Part shown: positions 1-9,831 of the stretch, in pieces
How the letters are laid out: every line of letters starts with the position of its first letter
How positions within the stretch are numbered: position 1 is the stretch's first letter
Virus record (IMG/VR): IMGVR_UViG_2744054854_000008
Span: 1 to 11,839 of that record
Length of the DNA: 11,839 nt
Strand: one strand, 5' to 3'
From: a virus
Taxonomy: Duplodnaviria > Heunggongvirae > Uroviricota > Caudoviricetes
Position numbers and translations under genes: made by a program
Notes under the pieces: generated by a model
The model's database searches: none
The model's input: only the letters and a program-made list of their open reading frames with translations
What the model was told of the DNA's origin: nothing

Positions 1-585
1 CTATTCGATAATGGGTACTGTTGGCCATTCAATATCCGGTGCAGTTGTTGTATTAACACGGTTCAGCAACACCCGATATTTTTTCCAGGCTTCCAGCAAT
101 GAGGTTTCTTCCTCCGTTGCGATCTCCAGATCTACAGCATCCTGAAGTGGCGCTATATGCTCACTGGCTACCTGCATCAGGCTGTTTTTTGTTTCTTCCG
201 CCTCCCGGATCCGGAACAGTTTTTCTGCTTCCGTATCCTTCACCCAGGCTGTGCCGTTCCACTTCTGATATTCCCCTTCCGGCGATAACCAGGTGACATT
301 TTCCGGTAATGAGCCGAGTTCAGAAATAAATAACGCGTCGCCGGAAGCCACGTCATAAACCGTTTTACCCCGATGATCTTCAACGAGATGCCACGATGAC
401 TCATCACTGTTGAAAACAGCCACGAAGCCAGCTGGAATATCTGGCGGTGCAATGTCGGTACTGTTTGCTGGCAGACCTGTATGAGGCGGAATATATGCGT
501 CACCTTCACCAATAAATTCATTAGTTCCGGCCAGCAGATTATAAATTTTTATGGTCCGTGGTTGTTCACTCATTCTGAATGCCAT
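1..585 (-). CDS. tfa: Tail fiber assembly protein (lambda Tfa-like chaperone), 194 aa, complete
   Basis: Full ORF with ATG at 583-585 and stop at 1-3. Translation ([24 protein letters not shown]...EWPTVPIIE) is collinear with lambda Tfa as I recall it. Its start overlaps the stf stop (TAATG on the minus strand), the classic stf-tfa coupling. Confidence 0.9.
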   Translation of the reverse strand: MAFRMSEQPRTIKIYNLLAGTNEFIGEGDAYIPPHTGLPANSTDIAPPDIPAGFVAVFNSDESSWHLVEDHRGKTVYDVASGDALFISELGSLPENVTWLSPEGEYQKWNGTAWVKDTEAEKLFRIREAEETKNSLMQVASEHIAPLQDAVDLEIATEEETSLLEAWKKYRVLLNRVNTTTAPDIEWPTVPIIE

Positions 586-3500
586 TATGCAAGCCTCACA
601 ATATAGTTAAATGCGATGTTTTTGACGGTGTTTTCCGCGTTACCAGCAGCGTTAACGGTGATGGTGTGTCCATGTGAGCCAATCGCAACCGAGTGCGTAT
701 GAGCACCAATACCGACAGTATGTGCGTGTGCACCTGCGCTTGCAGCAGTACCCGATACAGAGTGCGTATGAGCGCCTGCAGAAGAAGTGTTAACACTGTA
801 TTTAGAATAATCAGGTGATCCACTTCCCGGAGCACCACTGGAACCACCTGAAACAAATGTCATCGAATGGGTATGTGCACCGGCTGAAGCAGCCGTACCG
901 CTAACACTATGGGTATGCGCACCAGTGTTATTCGTGGATTTAGTGCCGTAATCAAACGACGATGTGGTTTTCGTCCCCAAATCAGTACTGGATGCGCTGG
1001 CGCTGTGGGTATGCGATTTTATGCCGTCCTGTTCCTGAGACAATACGGCACGACCACTGGCGGGCTTGCCCTTAATCGTCCAGCCACGCATATCAGGGAT
1101 CACGCCTGACGGATAAGCGGCTGCAAGTTTCGGGTAGGCAGATTTGTCAAAAGTCTGCCCCTGCATCAGGGCATAACCAGACGGAACGGTATCTGATGGC
1201 CACGGGATTGGTGCGCCGACTGGGTAGCTTTCTGGTGGAAGATTTTTCGAGGTATAAACTTCTGCCCAGTCTTCCTCAAAACCATAACCGTCTCTTGAAG
1301 AACGGTAGAACAGACCACCATTTCTGTAATGCGCCTTCATCTGCAGGGTCCGGCAACTTCCGACTCCGGTATAGAAGTTAACCAGAATATAGCTGTCGCC
1401 AGAGCGGGTGACATTATAAGCGCCTGATTCGGCATTCCAGGGAACGCCACCATCCGCATCGGCATATGTATCCGTTGCCCTTCTGGCAAAAGCAGCCACA
1501 TGCGCGGCGGTTAAAGTGATATCAGTAGAACCATCAAATGGAACACCGGATATTTTTCTTGCAGTCTGGAGTTTTGTAGCAGTTGCAGCATTACCAGTAG
1601 TGTTCTGATTACCCGTAGTGTTTACACCTGGAAGGTTAATATTTGCAGAACCGTCGAAAACAACTCCACCGATAGATCTTGCCGTCTGCAATTTCGTGGC
1701 TGTACTTGCATTACCATTCAATGAACCAGTTAATCCACCTGTAACAGACAACGGACCTGAAACTGTTCCTCCGGTTGTTGGCAGTGCTCCAATATCTGAT
1801 GGTGTAGGTTTCTGATGTGAGCTATACATCGTATAAACAACACCATAGGTAACGCTGGAAGGCTTACTCGCTGAATATGTTGGCGAGGTATAAACAGAAA
1901 CTGACGCATTTGCAGTACAATCCCAATGGATATTTACACTCGTCGCATAATTGCCAATCTCAACGTAAATATCATATGTATCGCCGGATGTGTTGATCCA
2001 GGCGAAATTCGTTAATCCGACGGCTGTACGCTTCCACAAAGCCCCGGTAATTCCTTTGGGGTTTCCATTGCCTGCTCGTAGAACCAGTTCTGAAATGCCT
2101 GCCTGATGTGGGGAACCGACGTTGTAACCAGCGCCACCAATCAATGCGATGTAAACGATGGAACTCGTTTGTGGCATGGTAACCGTAGCCAGTTTGAACC
2201 ACCCAGCCCCGCCAGAGAAAGACATCGTTACTGAATTTAAAGTACCAATATCTTTCGGCGTTAATGTTATATCCGCAGTCAGTGCTTTTCCGTTAACTTT
2301 TCGGTTAGATGGCACCCTGCTATTCGCATTGTCATTGGCTGCTTTAACTGCTTTTGGCGTTGCGGCCAGCGATTCACTGGTGCTATCAACAGCACTGCTA
2401 AGTTTCACAACACCTTTAGTTGTAAGGCTTGCGTCTTCCATCGCAACTGCACCGGCAATCTCTTCAGCACGATCAGCAGCAGCTTCCGCACGGGTCGCAG
2501 CGGATTCAGCAGTAGTTTTGCTCTGAGATGCCGCCGTCGCACTGCCAGCAGCCTCTGTTGCCTTCGTGGATGCCGTCGTGGCGCTGCCCTTCGCTGCTGA
2601 CGCTTGTCTGGTCGCCTCATCTTTTGAAGCAGACGCCGATGAGGCCGATGACGCCGCCGAACTGGCGGACGATGCGGCAGCCGTTTTTGAGGATTCTGCG
2701 CTGGTTTCCGACGCTTTCGCGTTCGTTTCGGATGTCTTCGCTGCGGAAGCTGACCTCGCTGCTGCGCTGGCCTGTTCAGTGGCTTCGCCAGCCTTCGTTG
2801 TGGCTGTTGAAGCGGACGATGCGGCGCTTTCTGCCGATTTTCCGGCGGCGCTAGCACTGGCTGAGGCCTGCCCGGCACTTGTTGACGCTGCACTGGCAGA
2901 CGACGCAGCCGCTGTTTTTGAGCCTGCCGCAGCCGAGGCGCTCTGTCCCGCTGCCGTTTCAGAAGACCTGGCGTTTGTCTCGGACGTCTTTGCCGCCTTC
3001 GCGGAATTGCCTGCTGCCGTTGCCGAGGAAGCGGCACTACTGGCGCTTGATGATGCGTTCGTTTCTGATGATTTCGCTGCCTCTTTTGAGGCCGCCGCAT
3101 CCCGGGCTGAGGTGGCTGCTTCTGACGCCTTCGTGGTCGCGGCGGATGCAGAAGTGGCTGCTGATTGTTGTGACGCTGCCGCATTCGTTTCTGACGTTTT
3201 CGCCGTAGCGGCACTGGTAGCTGCCGCGCTTTTTGAGGACTCTGCAGCAGCAGCACTTTTCGATGCTTCACTGGCCTTTGTTGATGCCGTTCCTGCGCTG
3301 GAAGATGCTGACTGAGCCGACGACGCGGCCTGTCCGGCTGACGTGCTGGCTGCGCGTGCTGAGCCTGCAGCATCAGTCGCATGGGTTGCCGCCTCACGGG
3401 CTGATGTGCTGGCATCGCTGGCTGACTTCTTCGCGGCTGCCGTGTTCTGTGCCACCGCGGACGCGTTACGCGCCACCTCTTCCACCATCAGTTCAAAACG

Positions 3501-3812
3501 GCGCAGTGCCTCAGGACGGGCATCATCCTCCGTCATGGCACCGAGAAAATCATTCAGCGTACCGGGTCGGGAATCTTCATACACGGTGATGGTCCCGGCA
3601 TGTGACGGCGGGAATCCCTCCACCAACAGAATAACGCTGTACTGCCCGTACTCAACGTCCATGCTGTAACGCCCGGCTTCATCCGGATTTTCTGAGGCCA
3701 GCGTGTTCACCACCACCGTGGTGCTGTTACGTTTTGCTTTCAGCTGGATTGTGCAGTTCTGTACCGGTTTTCCTGTGCCGTCTTTCAGTACACCTGAAAT
3801 CTTTACTGCCAT
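585..3812 (-). CDS. stf: Side tail fiber protein (lambda Stf-like), about 1075 aa
   Basis: N-terminus [26 protein letters not shown] and C-terminus ...GAHTHSV...[15 protein letters not shown] match lambda-type Stf. Long Ala/Ser/Thr-rich central region and C-terminal GAHTH (HxH) repeats. Likely start is the ATG at 3810-3812 with GGGGTG upstream; the ORF track's start at 3818 is an upstream in-frame GTG. Stop TAA at 585-587. Confidence 0.9.
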   Translation of the reverse strand: MAVKISGVLKDGTGKPVQNCTIQLKAKRNSTTVVVNTLASENPDEAGRYSMDVEYGQYSVILLVEGFPPSHAGTITVYEDSRPGTLNDFLGAMTEDDARPEALRRFELMVEEVARNASAVAQNTAAAKKSASDASTSAREAATHATDAAGSARAASTSAGQAASSAQSASSSAGTASTKASEASKSAAAAESSKSAAATSAATAKTSETNAAASQQSAATSASAATTKASEAATSARDAAASKEAAKSSETNASSSASSAASSATAAGNSAKAAKTSETNARSSETAAGQSASAAAGSKTAAASSASAASTSAGQASASASAAGKSAESAASSASTATTKAGEATEQASAAARSASAAKTSETNAKASETSAESSKTAAASSASSAASSASSASASKDEATRQASAAKGSATTASTKATEAAGSATAASQSKTTAESAATRAEAAADRAEEIAGAVAMEDASLTTKGVVKLSSAVDSTSESLAATPKAVKAANDNANSRVPSNRKVNGKALTADITLTPKDIGTLNSVTMSFSGGAGWFKLATVTMPQTSSIVYIALIGGAGYNVGSPHQAGISELVLRAGNGNPKGITGALWKRTAVGLTNFAWINTSGDTYDIYVEIGNYATSVNIHWDCTANASVSVYTSPTYSASKPSSVTYGVVYTMYSSHQKPTPSDIGALPTTGGTVSGPLSVTGGLTGSLNGNASTATKLQTARSIGGVVFDGSANINLPGVNTTGNQNTTGNAATATKLQTARKISGVPFDGSTDITLTAAHVAAFARRATDTYADADGGVPWNAESGAYNVTRSGDSYILVNFYTGVGSCRTLQMKAHYRNGGLFYRSSRDGYGFEEDWAEVYTSKNLPPESYPVGAPIPWPSDTVPSGYALMQGQTFDKSAYPKLAAAYPSGVIPDMRGWTIKGKPASGRAVLSQEQDGIKSHTHSASASSTDLGTKTTSSFDYGTKSTNNTGAHTHSVSGTAASAGAHTHSMTFVSGGSSGAPGSGSPDYSKYSVNTSSAGAHTHSVSGTAASAGAHAHTVGIGAHTHSVAIGSHGHTITVNAAGNAENTVKNIAFNYIVRLA
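2400..3480 (-). repeat. GC-rich low-complexity repeat region inside stf, encoding reiterated Ala/Ser/Thr-rich motifs ([26 protein letters not shown])
   Basis: The translation shows many imperfect repeats of short A/S/T motifs. The DNA is dominated by GCN/TCN/ACN codons, which is why long spurious ORFs open in other frames and on the opposite strand here. Confidence 0.5.
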
Positions 3813-3823
3813 ATTCACCCCAC

Positions 3824-3850
3824 AAAAAAGCCCGCCTGAACCGGCGGGCT
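3824..3850 (-). terminator. Rho-independent terminator downstream of lom
   Basis: Plus-strand gcccgcc(3830-3836)/ggcgggc(3843-3849) inverted repeat with a 6-nt loop, preceded on plus by A6 (3824-3829). On the minus strand this is a GC stem followed by a T6 run, 27 nt after the lom stop. Confidence 0.6.
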
Positions 3851-3876
3851 GTCATAACACTGTGTTACCTGGCTAA

Positions 3877-4476
3877 TCAGAATTTATAACCGACACCCAC
3901 GATGAAACCGTCAGTGCGCCAGTCACCACTGCCGGAGCCTTCATAAGCAATATCAATGGCCACGGATTCGGTCGGGTTAAACTGCACGCCAGCCCCCCAC
4001 GCCAGAGACGTGTTGCTGTGGCGACCGTCATCACTTCCGGTCAGCACATCGTGCTTTTTCCCCTTGTTGTCAGTTACGCGAAGATAATCCCCGGAGAAAG
4101 TCGACACACGGCTGTAAGCCACACCCGCCATCGCATACGCGCTGAACCATTCATTCACGCGCACAGACGGCCCCGCCATTACGCTGAACCAGCGGTTACG
4201 CACGGAATCTTCATGCCAGCGGGTATCGCTGTAACGGGTAAGCTGGCGATTCTTGTCTCCTGCATAGCTGAATGACGTCACCATTCCCAGCGTGTCCGTA
4301 AACTCATAACGGTATTTCACGTTAATCCCGTTCAGATCATCGCTGCCGGAAACGTTCGTCGAGGCATGAAGATAGCCCGCGCTCAGCGTGGACTGATGTT
4401 CAGACGCCCATGCAGGCGCACCGGATACGGCCAGACAGATGGCTGCGGACAAAATGGCGGCATAAAGTTTACGCAT
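3877..4476 (-). CDS. lom: Outer membrane beta-barrel protein Lom (Ail/Lom/PagC family), 199 aa, intact
   Basis: ATG at 4474-4476 with GAGAGG Shine-Dalgarno upstream. Signal peptide [24 protein letters not shown], alternating amphipathic beta-strand pattern, C-terminal aromatic residue (…GVGYKF). Sits between J and stf as in lambda. Confidence 0.9.
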
Positions 4477-4497
4477 AATTACCTCTCGCTTTTCTGC

Positions 4498-4524
4498 AAT
4501 AAAAAAGGCGTCATTTCTGACGCC
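4498..4524 (-). terminator. Rho-independent terminator downstream of the J fragment
   Basis: ggcgtca(4507-4513)/tgacgcc(4518-4524) 7-bp stem with tttc loop. On the minus strand the hairpin is followed by TTTTTTATT (plus 4498-4506 aataaaaaa). Confidence 0.6.
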
Positions 4525-4542
4525 CGTTCTGGGTTATAAAAT

Positions 4543-5910
<1,368 letters not shown>

Positions 5911-5920
5911 TTATGCCCTC

Positions 5921-5944
5921 CATTAAAAATGGGGCCGAAGCCCC
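5921..5944 (-). terminator. Rho-independent terminator downstream of the 461-aa gene
   Basis: Minus strand reads GGGGC-TTCG-GCCCC (plus 5931-5944) followed by ATTTTTAAT (plus 5921-5929), starting 10 nt after the TAA stop at 5955-5957. Confidence 0.55.
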
Positions 5945-5954
5945 GTTTGAATGT

Positions 5955-7340
5955 TTAACCAAGAATCAGACAACCATGTGCCGGCTTCACTGATGAAACA
6001 CCCCATGCCAGTCCAACTTCATAGCGCACCTGGCGATACTGACGATACAGTGCAATCTGGAACGTAATCCCTGAAATCGGGTCCGTAACATTCATTACAT
6101 CATCAGCATTATCGCCACCTTCCGGCATTGCCGGAGTACGGGATGCCAGCAGAAACGCGTTGCGATCAAACGCCATATTTGCCGTAAAGGCCCCAACAAC
6201 TGTGATGGCAGTATCATCGGCCAGATCCTGACGCAGTCCGGGCGCTGCAAGAGTAATCAGATTGCTGGTCGCTGCTGCCACAACATACTGATTCGGATCA
6301 CCAGCGAACGTAACAATCTGACCTGCAGAAATACTCCCCGAACCAGTATCAATGGAAATAAGAACATCGCCTTCTTTTTTCTCTCCATTCACGAGATAAC
6401 CAGTTGCAGCAACCTTTGGCGCTCGTTTCACACCTGCCGAACTGTGAATATTGAATCCCTCCAGACGCCCCAACACGCCCTCACGCAGTAGCTGTTCAGT
6501 GCCGGATTCATTCACTTTAAACAATACAGACTGTTTTCCGCGCAAATTAGCAATGGCAGTGGAGCCAAGCACCATCTGCAGATCGGTTGTCGGTGCGCCG
6601 TTATCCTCCAGAACCTGACGAGCCAGAGCAGCATCAGAAAGATCATCTTTAACACCAAACGGCGTTGTCCCTGCGGTTCCCACGGCGCGGGAAGCACCGA
6701 AATACAACGCACCAAGATCAGCCTCAACCTCGTTTGCAAGGGCGCGAAAAGCCTGCTTGAACTGATCAGCCAGAATGGTGTTGTAAGTCCCTGAAGGGCC
6801 AAGAGCCAGTTGTTCTTCACCATTCCATTTAACCGGTGCCATTTTGGATTTAGTAATTTTTACATCAACAGTGCCAATATTTTGATCACCGGTAAACATG
6901 CTGTTAATAGCAGTGCGGTTACCGGGCAAAACATCCGTCAACAGTTCATCAATTTCTGTCGGGATGAAGCCTGTCAGGGAGACATCAAAATCAGCATTGA
7001 TTAGGTCCGACAGCTCCATCCGCAACAGATCTTCATCCCAGCCAGCATTCATCGGCAGGCGATTATCTGCCAGGCGGTACGCCTTTTTCTGCTCATCCGT
7101 CAGGCCAGACAGAACAATGACCGGAACAGAATCCATTTTGAGCATTTCAGCCGCCATAACACGACCGTGACCCGCAATAATTTCGCCCTTTTCGTCAATC
7201 AGCACCGGATTAGTCCAGCCGAATTGCTTAATACTTTCTACCAGTTGTGCCACCTGCTCAGGGCTGTGCGTCCTGGCGTTGTGCGCATACGGTGACAATT
7301 CTTGTAATGGGCGATAGACTATCTTTAATTTCTCGCTCAT
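5955..7340 (-). CDS. ParB-like nuclease (ParB/Srx fold) N-terminal domain protein with an unassigned ~320-aa C-terminal region, 461 aa
   Basis: ATG at 7338-7340 with AAGG upstream. Residues ~8-95 (IVYRPLQELSPYAHNARTH...IIAGHGRVMAA...VPVIVLSGLTDEQKKAYRLADNRL) carry the ParB N-terminal domain pattern, with GHGR in place of the canonical GERR. The Gly/Ala/Thr/Val-rich C-terminal part has no motif I can assign. Followed by a terminator. Confidence 0.75.
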   Translation of the reverse strand: MSEKLKIVYRPLQELSPYAHNARTHSPEQVAQLVESIKQFGWTNPVLIDEKGEIIAGHGRVMAAEMLKMDSVPVIVLSGLTDEQKKAYRLADNRLPMNAGWDEDLLRMELSDLINADFDVSLTGFIPTEIDELLTDVLPGNRTAINSMFTGDQNIGTVDVKITKSKMAPVKWNGEEQLALGPSGTYNTILADQFKQAFRALANEVEADLGALYFGASRAVGTAGTTPFGVKDDLSDAALARQVLEDNGAPTTDLQMVLGSTAIANLRGKQSVLFKVNESGTEQLLREGVLGRLEGFNIHSSAGVKRAPKVAATGYLVNGEKKEGDVLISIDTGSGSISAGQIVTFAGDPNQYVVAAATSNLITLAAPGLRQDLADDTAITVVGAFTANMAFDRNAFLLASRTPAMPEGGDNADDVMNVTDPISGITFQIALYRQYRQVRYEVGLAWGVSSVKPAHGCLILG

Positions 7341-7477
7341 ACAGCCTTGCTTTATGAATAAAACGCCCCCCAGCAGCCAGTGCTACTGGGGACGGAGGGG
7401 TTGCTGGTAAAGTTAGGTATTGGATCAATGAGTGAGTCAACATAATATTAAACTCACAATTATAAATCAGCCATATA

Positions 7478-8935
7478 TTAGGAGCGCCAAAAAAAACCTG
7501 AAAACAATATAATAACAGGATAAATTTCAAGGCGACCAAGAATCATAGCTATGCACATTAAACATTTTGCAATGTCATTAAGCACTCCGAATGACGATGC
7601 AGTAGCCCCAAAACCTAATCCCATATTATTAATACATGCAGCCACTGTTGCAAATGATGTAAGAAAATCATATCCCATACCATTTAATACCAGTATAAAA
7701 AACACCGTGAAGAGAGTATAAAGAAAAAAGAAACTCCATACAGACCTCATTACACGATCTGTAACTATCTTCCCTCCTACATTTACACTCAACAACGCTC
7801 TGGGATGAGAAAGCTGATTTATCTCGTGTTTGCTTTGTTTGAAAAGTATAAGAAATCGAAGTGACTTAATTCCACCACAAGTTGAACCTATACATCCCCC
7901 AAAGAAACTTGACAACAGCAAAAACACTATCGTGTGCGTGGGCCAACTTGCATAATCCTGCGTAGCTAAACCATTATCAGTGAGCATGGAACTGGCAAGA
8001 AAAAACGAATGAATAAAACTTCCATGCAAGTCATACATACCTATATGCCAGACCTGGAAAGAGGTAACAATGATCACCCCTAAGGCTATTAACAGAAAGA
8101 AACGAAGTTCAATATCTCTGATTAAAGGTTTTATCGTTTTCCTGCTAATAACAATATACCAAAGAGTGAAGTTGAAAGCCGATAGCAGGGAAAAAGAACC
8201 AGCCACCAGCTCAACCAAATAGTTATTAAAATATCCGATACTCTCGCTATGAGTTGAGAAACCACCAAGCGAAACTGTGGAAATCCCGTGACAAATAGCA
8301 TCAAACAAAGGCATTCCTGCAAGTCTATAACAGACAATACAAGCAATACCTAATAAAGAATAAGTTATCCACAGTGTCCGTGACGTATCGGCCAGGCGGG
8401 GAGTGAGTTTGTCATCCTTAAATGGCCCCGGCATTTCTGACTGATAAAGCTTTGCACCACCAATACCCAATAATGGCAATACAGCAACCGCCAGAACAAT
8501 AACTCCTAAACCACCTATAAAATTTAACTGTGACCGATAGTACAAATATGCCCGAGGTAATGAACTAACATCATCAATTACAGTTGCTCCTGTTGTTGTT
8601 ATTCCAGAAACCCCTTCAAACAGAGCATCAATGAACGTTAAATTAAGTTCTGAGTCAATCCATAAAGGGAATGCACTAATAACAGAAAACAAAATCCAAA
8701 ACATTACAATTATAATAAACCCATCACGGGTACGTAATTGAATGCCAGATTTCTTAGTTGTATACCACGCTCCGCCACCAATGCAAAAAAATATAACGAA
8801 AGTTATAAAGAAAACGAACAGGCTTTTTTCTTTATAAAACAATGCTACAACCATTGGTGGCAACATTGAAAGACTATAGAGCCAAACCAGGAACCCACAC
8901 ATATGAGTAACAACTCTTACATGAGATGTATTCAT
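7478..8935 (-). CDS. trkG: TrkH/TrkG-family K+ uptake transporter (Rac-prophage TrkG-like), about 485 aa
   Basis: Multi-pass membrane protein. N-terminus MNTSHVRVVTHMCGFLVWLYSLSMLPP is as I recall TrkG, and the reiterated pore-loop GG(L/F)G-type motifs fit the TrkH family. Coding DNA is visibly AT-rich compared with its flanks. Start taken as the ATG at 8933-8935; an in-frame TTG at 8951-8953 with AGGTGG 6 nt upstream is an alternative (491 aa). Confidence 0.9.
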   Translation of the reverse strand: MNTSHVRVVTHMCGFLVWLYSLSMLPPMVVALFYKEKSLFVFFITFVIFFCIGGGAWYTTKKSGIQLRTRDGFIIIVMFWILFSVISAFPLWIDSELNLTFIDALFEGVSGITTTGATVIDDVSSLPRAYLYYRSQLNFIGGLGVIVLAVAVLPLLGIGGAKLYQSEMPGPFKDDKLTPRLADTSRTLWITYSLLGIACIVCYRLAGMPLFDAICHGISTVSLGGFSTHSESIGYFNNYLVELVAGSFSLLSAFNFTLWYIVISRKTIKPLIRDIELRFFLLIALGVIIVTSFQVWHIGMYDLHGSFIHSFFLASSMLTDNGLATQDYASWPTHTIVFLLLSSFFGGCIGSTCGGIKSLRFLILFKQSKHEINQLSHPRALLSVNVGGKIVTDRVMRSVWSFFFLYTLFTVFFILVLNGMGYDFLTSFATVAACINNMGLGFGATASSFGVLNDIAKCLMCIAMILGRLEIYPVIILFSGFFWRS

Positions 8936-8939
8936 ATCT

Positions 8940-9010
8940 AAATATTCTTTCAATTATAACCACCTTGCTGCAATATTATGATTATACTGTATAAAATTTA
9001 ACTCCTCTTA
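8940..9010 (-). promoter_or_regulatory. Candidate trkG promoter in an AT-rich intergenic region
   Basis: Two minus-strand TATAAT hexamers (plus attata at 8953-8958 and 8981-8986) in a 137-bp AT-rich spacer between the Rz stop and trkG. Neither has a good -35 element, so this is weakly supported. Confidence 0.2.
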
Positions 9011-9072
9011 GATCTTACTTCACTGTTCCTTATGAAACAATCATCAAAATGAATCATATTGTAGTTAAGATT

Positions 9073-9363
9073 TTACTTTAAACACTGCTCGGTTATGTAT
9101 TGCTGAGCACCTTCAAGTTGGGCCTGCATCATTACCAGTCGTTCCCGGAGGGTGAAATAATCCCGTTCAGCGGTGTCTGCCAGTCGGGGGGAGGCTGCAT
9201 TATCCACGCCGGAGGCGGTGGTGGCTTCACGCACTGACTGACAGACTGCTTTGATGTGCAACCGACGACGACCAGCGGCAACATCATCACGCAGAACATC
9301 ATTTTCAGCTTTCGCATCAGCTAACTCCTTCGTGTATTTTGCATCGAGCGCAGCAACATCACG
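9073..9363 (-). pseudogene. rzpR: N-terminally truncated Rz (i-spanin) remnant, C-terminal ~97 codons
   Basis: Hand translation gives RDVAALDAKYTKELADAKAENDVLRDDVAAGRRRLHIKAVCQSVREATTASGVDNAASPRLADTAERDYFTLRERL..., collinear with the lambda Rz C-terminal two thirds. Similarity stops abruptly upstream of codon R at 9361-9363; the signal-anchor N-terminus and a start codon are missing. Confidence 0.7.
9132..9317 (-). CDS. rzoR: Rz1-type o-spanin outer membrane lipoprotein, 61 aa, embedded in the +1 frame of the Rz remnant
   Basis: ATG at 9315-9317. MRKLKMMFCVMMLPLVVVGCTSKQ... has a lipobox (VVGC), and the Pro-rich mature part (KPPPPPAWIMQPPPDWQ) matches lambda Rz1 nearly residue for residue. 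Confidence 0.8.
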   Translation of the reverse strand: MRKLKMMFCVMMLPLVVVGCTSKQSVSQCVKPPPPPAWIMQPPPDWQTPLNGIISPSGNDW

Positions 9364-9422
9364 CGGACTTGTGCAAGTTGCCAGGAGGATCTGGAGCTTA
9401 TCAGTAAACAGAGAGGTTCGAA

Positions 9423-9830
9423 GTGAGCGAAATTAACTCTCAGGCACTGCGTGAAGCGGCAGAGAAAGCCGGTGAAGATAAGTGGCAGGCTAAAAAAATA
9501 AATGGTGATTTTTTCGTTATTCGTCACGGTAGTTATACAAGACAGCATGGCTACACATCGTATCAACCCATTGCGGAGATTGATTGTAAGCCAGTCCGGG
9601 ATTTTGTTGCCAAGGCTAATCCGGCTACCGTGCTGGAATTACTGGATGAACTGGAAGCAGCAAAAAAGCGCATTGCAGAACTGGAAGCGCGGGAAATACT
9701 GCTCCCGGAACGTAGCAGCATGCTTCATCGAACAGATTTTCACGATGATTACCAAACGGTAATGGCATACAAAGTTTCTGAAGTCATCGATGCAATCCGC
9801 GCTACTGGCATTCGCATCAAAGGAGAGTGA
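9423..9830 (+). CDS. Phage Ead/Ea22-like family protein (function unknown), 135 aa
   Basis: GTG start at 9423 with GAGAGG upstream; stop TGA at 9828-9830. Motifs QALREAAEKA and ANPATVLELLDELEAAKKRIAELE are what I associate with Ead/Ea22-like proteins of lambdoid prophages. The family assignment is from memory. Confidence 0.55.
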   Translation: MSEINSQALREAAEKAGEDKWQAKKINGDFFVIRHGSYTRQHGYTSYQPIAEIDCKPVRDFVAKANPATVLELLDELEAAKKRIAELEAREILLPERSSMLHRTDFHDDYQTVMAYKVSEVIDAIRATGIRIKGE

Positions 9831-9831
9831 G

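Noticed and set aside
2566-3315. 249-aa Ala-rich ORF on the plus strand
   Set aside because: Lies antisense to the GC-rich repetitive part of stf. Its extreme Ala/Asp/Phe composition with no start context is what opposite-strand reading of GCN-rich repeats produces.
2405-3415. 336-aa Arg/Pro/Gln-rich ORF on the minus strand
   Set aside because: An alternative frame of the same repetitive stf region; highly basic low-complexity sequence, no independent signals, fully inside a well-supported gene.
7366-7392. Hairpin downstream of trkG as a terminator
   Set aside because: A 6-bp stem (ccccag/ctgggg) with a 12-nt loop and only a short interrupted T tract on the minus strand, about 87 nt after the trkG stop. 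Too weak to call; trkG and the ParB-like gene may be co-transcribed.
7400-7470. Promoter for the ParB-like gene (TTGACT on the minus strand)
   Set aside because: A -35-like TTGACT is present but no acceptable -10 hexamer follows at 16-18 bp spacing.
9321-9566. 81-aa minus-strand ORF
   Set aside because: Overlaps the Ea22-like gene antisense and runs across the Rz deletion junction; hydrophobic nonsense-like sequence.
9790-9831. Upstream ATG at 9790 as the start of the TGT-like gene (265 aa)
   Set aside because: It would overlap the Ea22-like gene by 41 nt and has no Shine-Dalgarno sequence. The ATG at 9832 has AGGAG at ideal spacing and sits right after the upstream stop.
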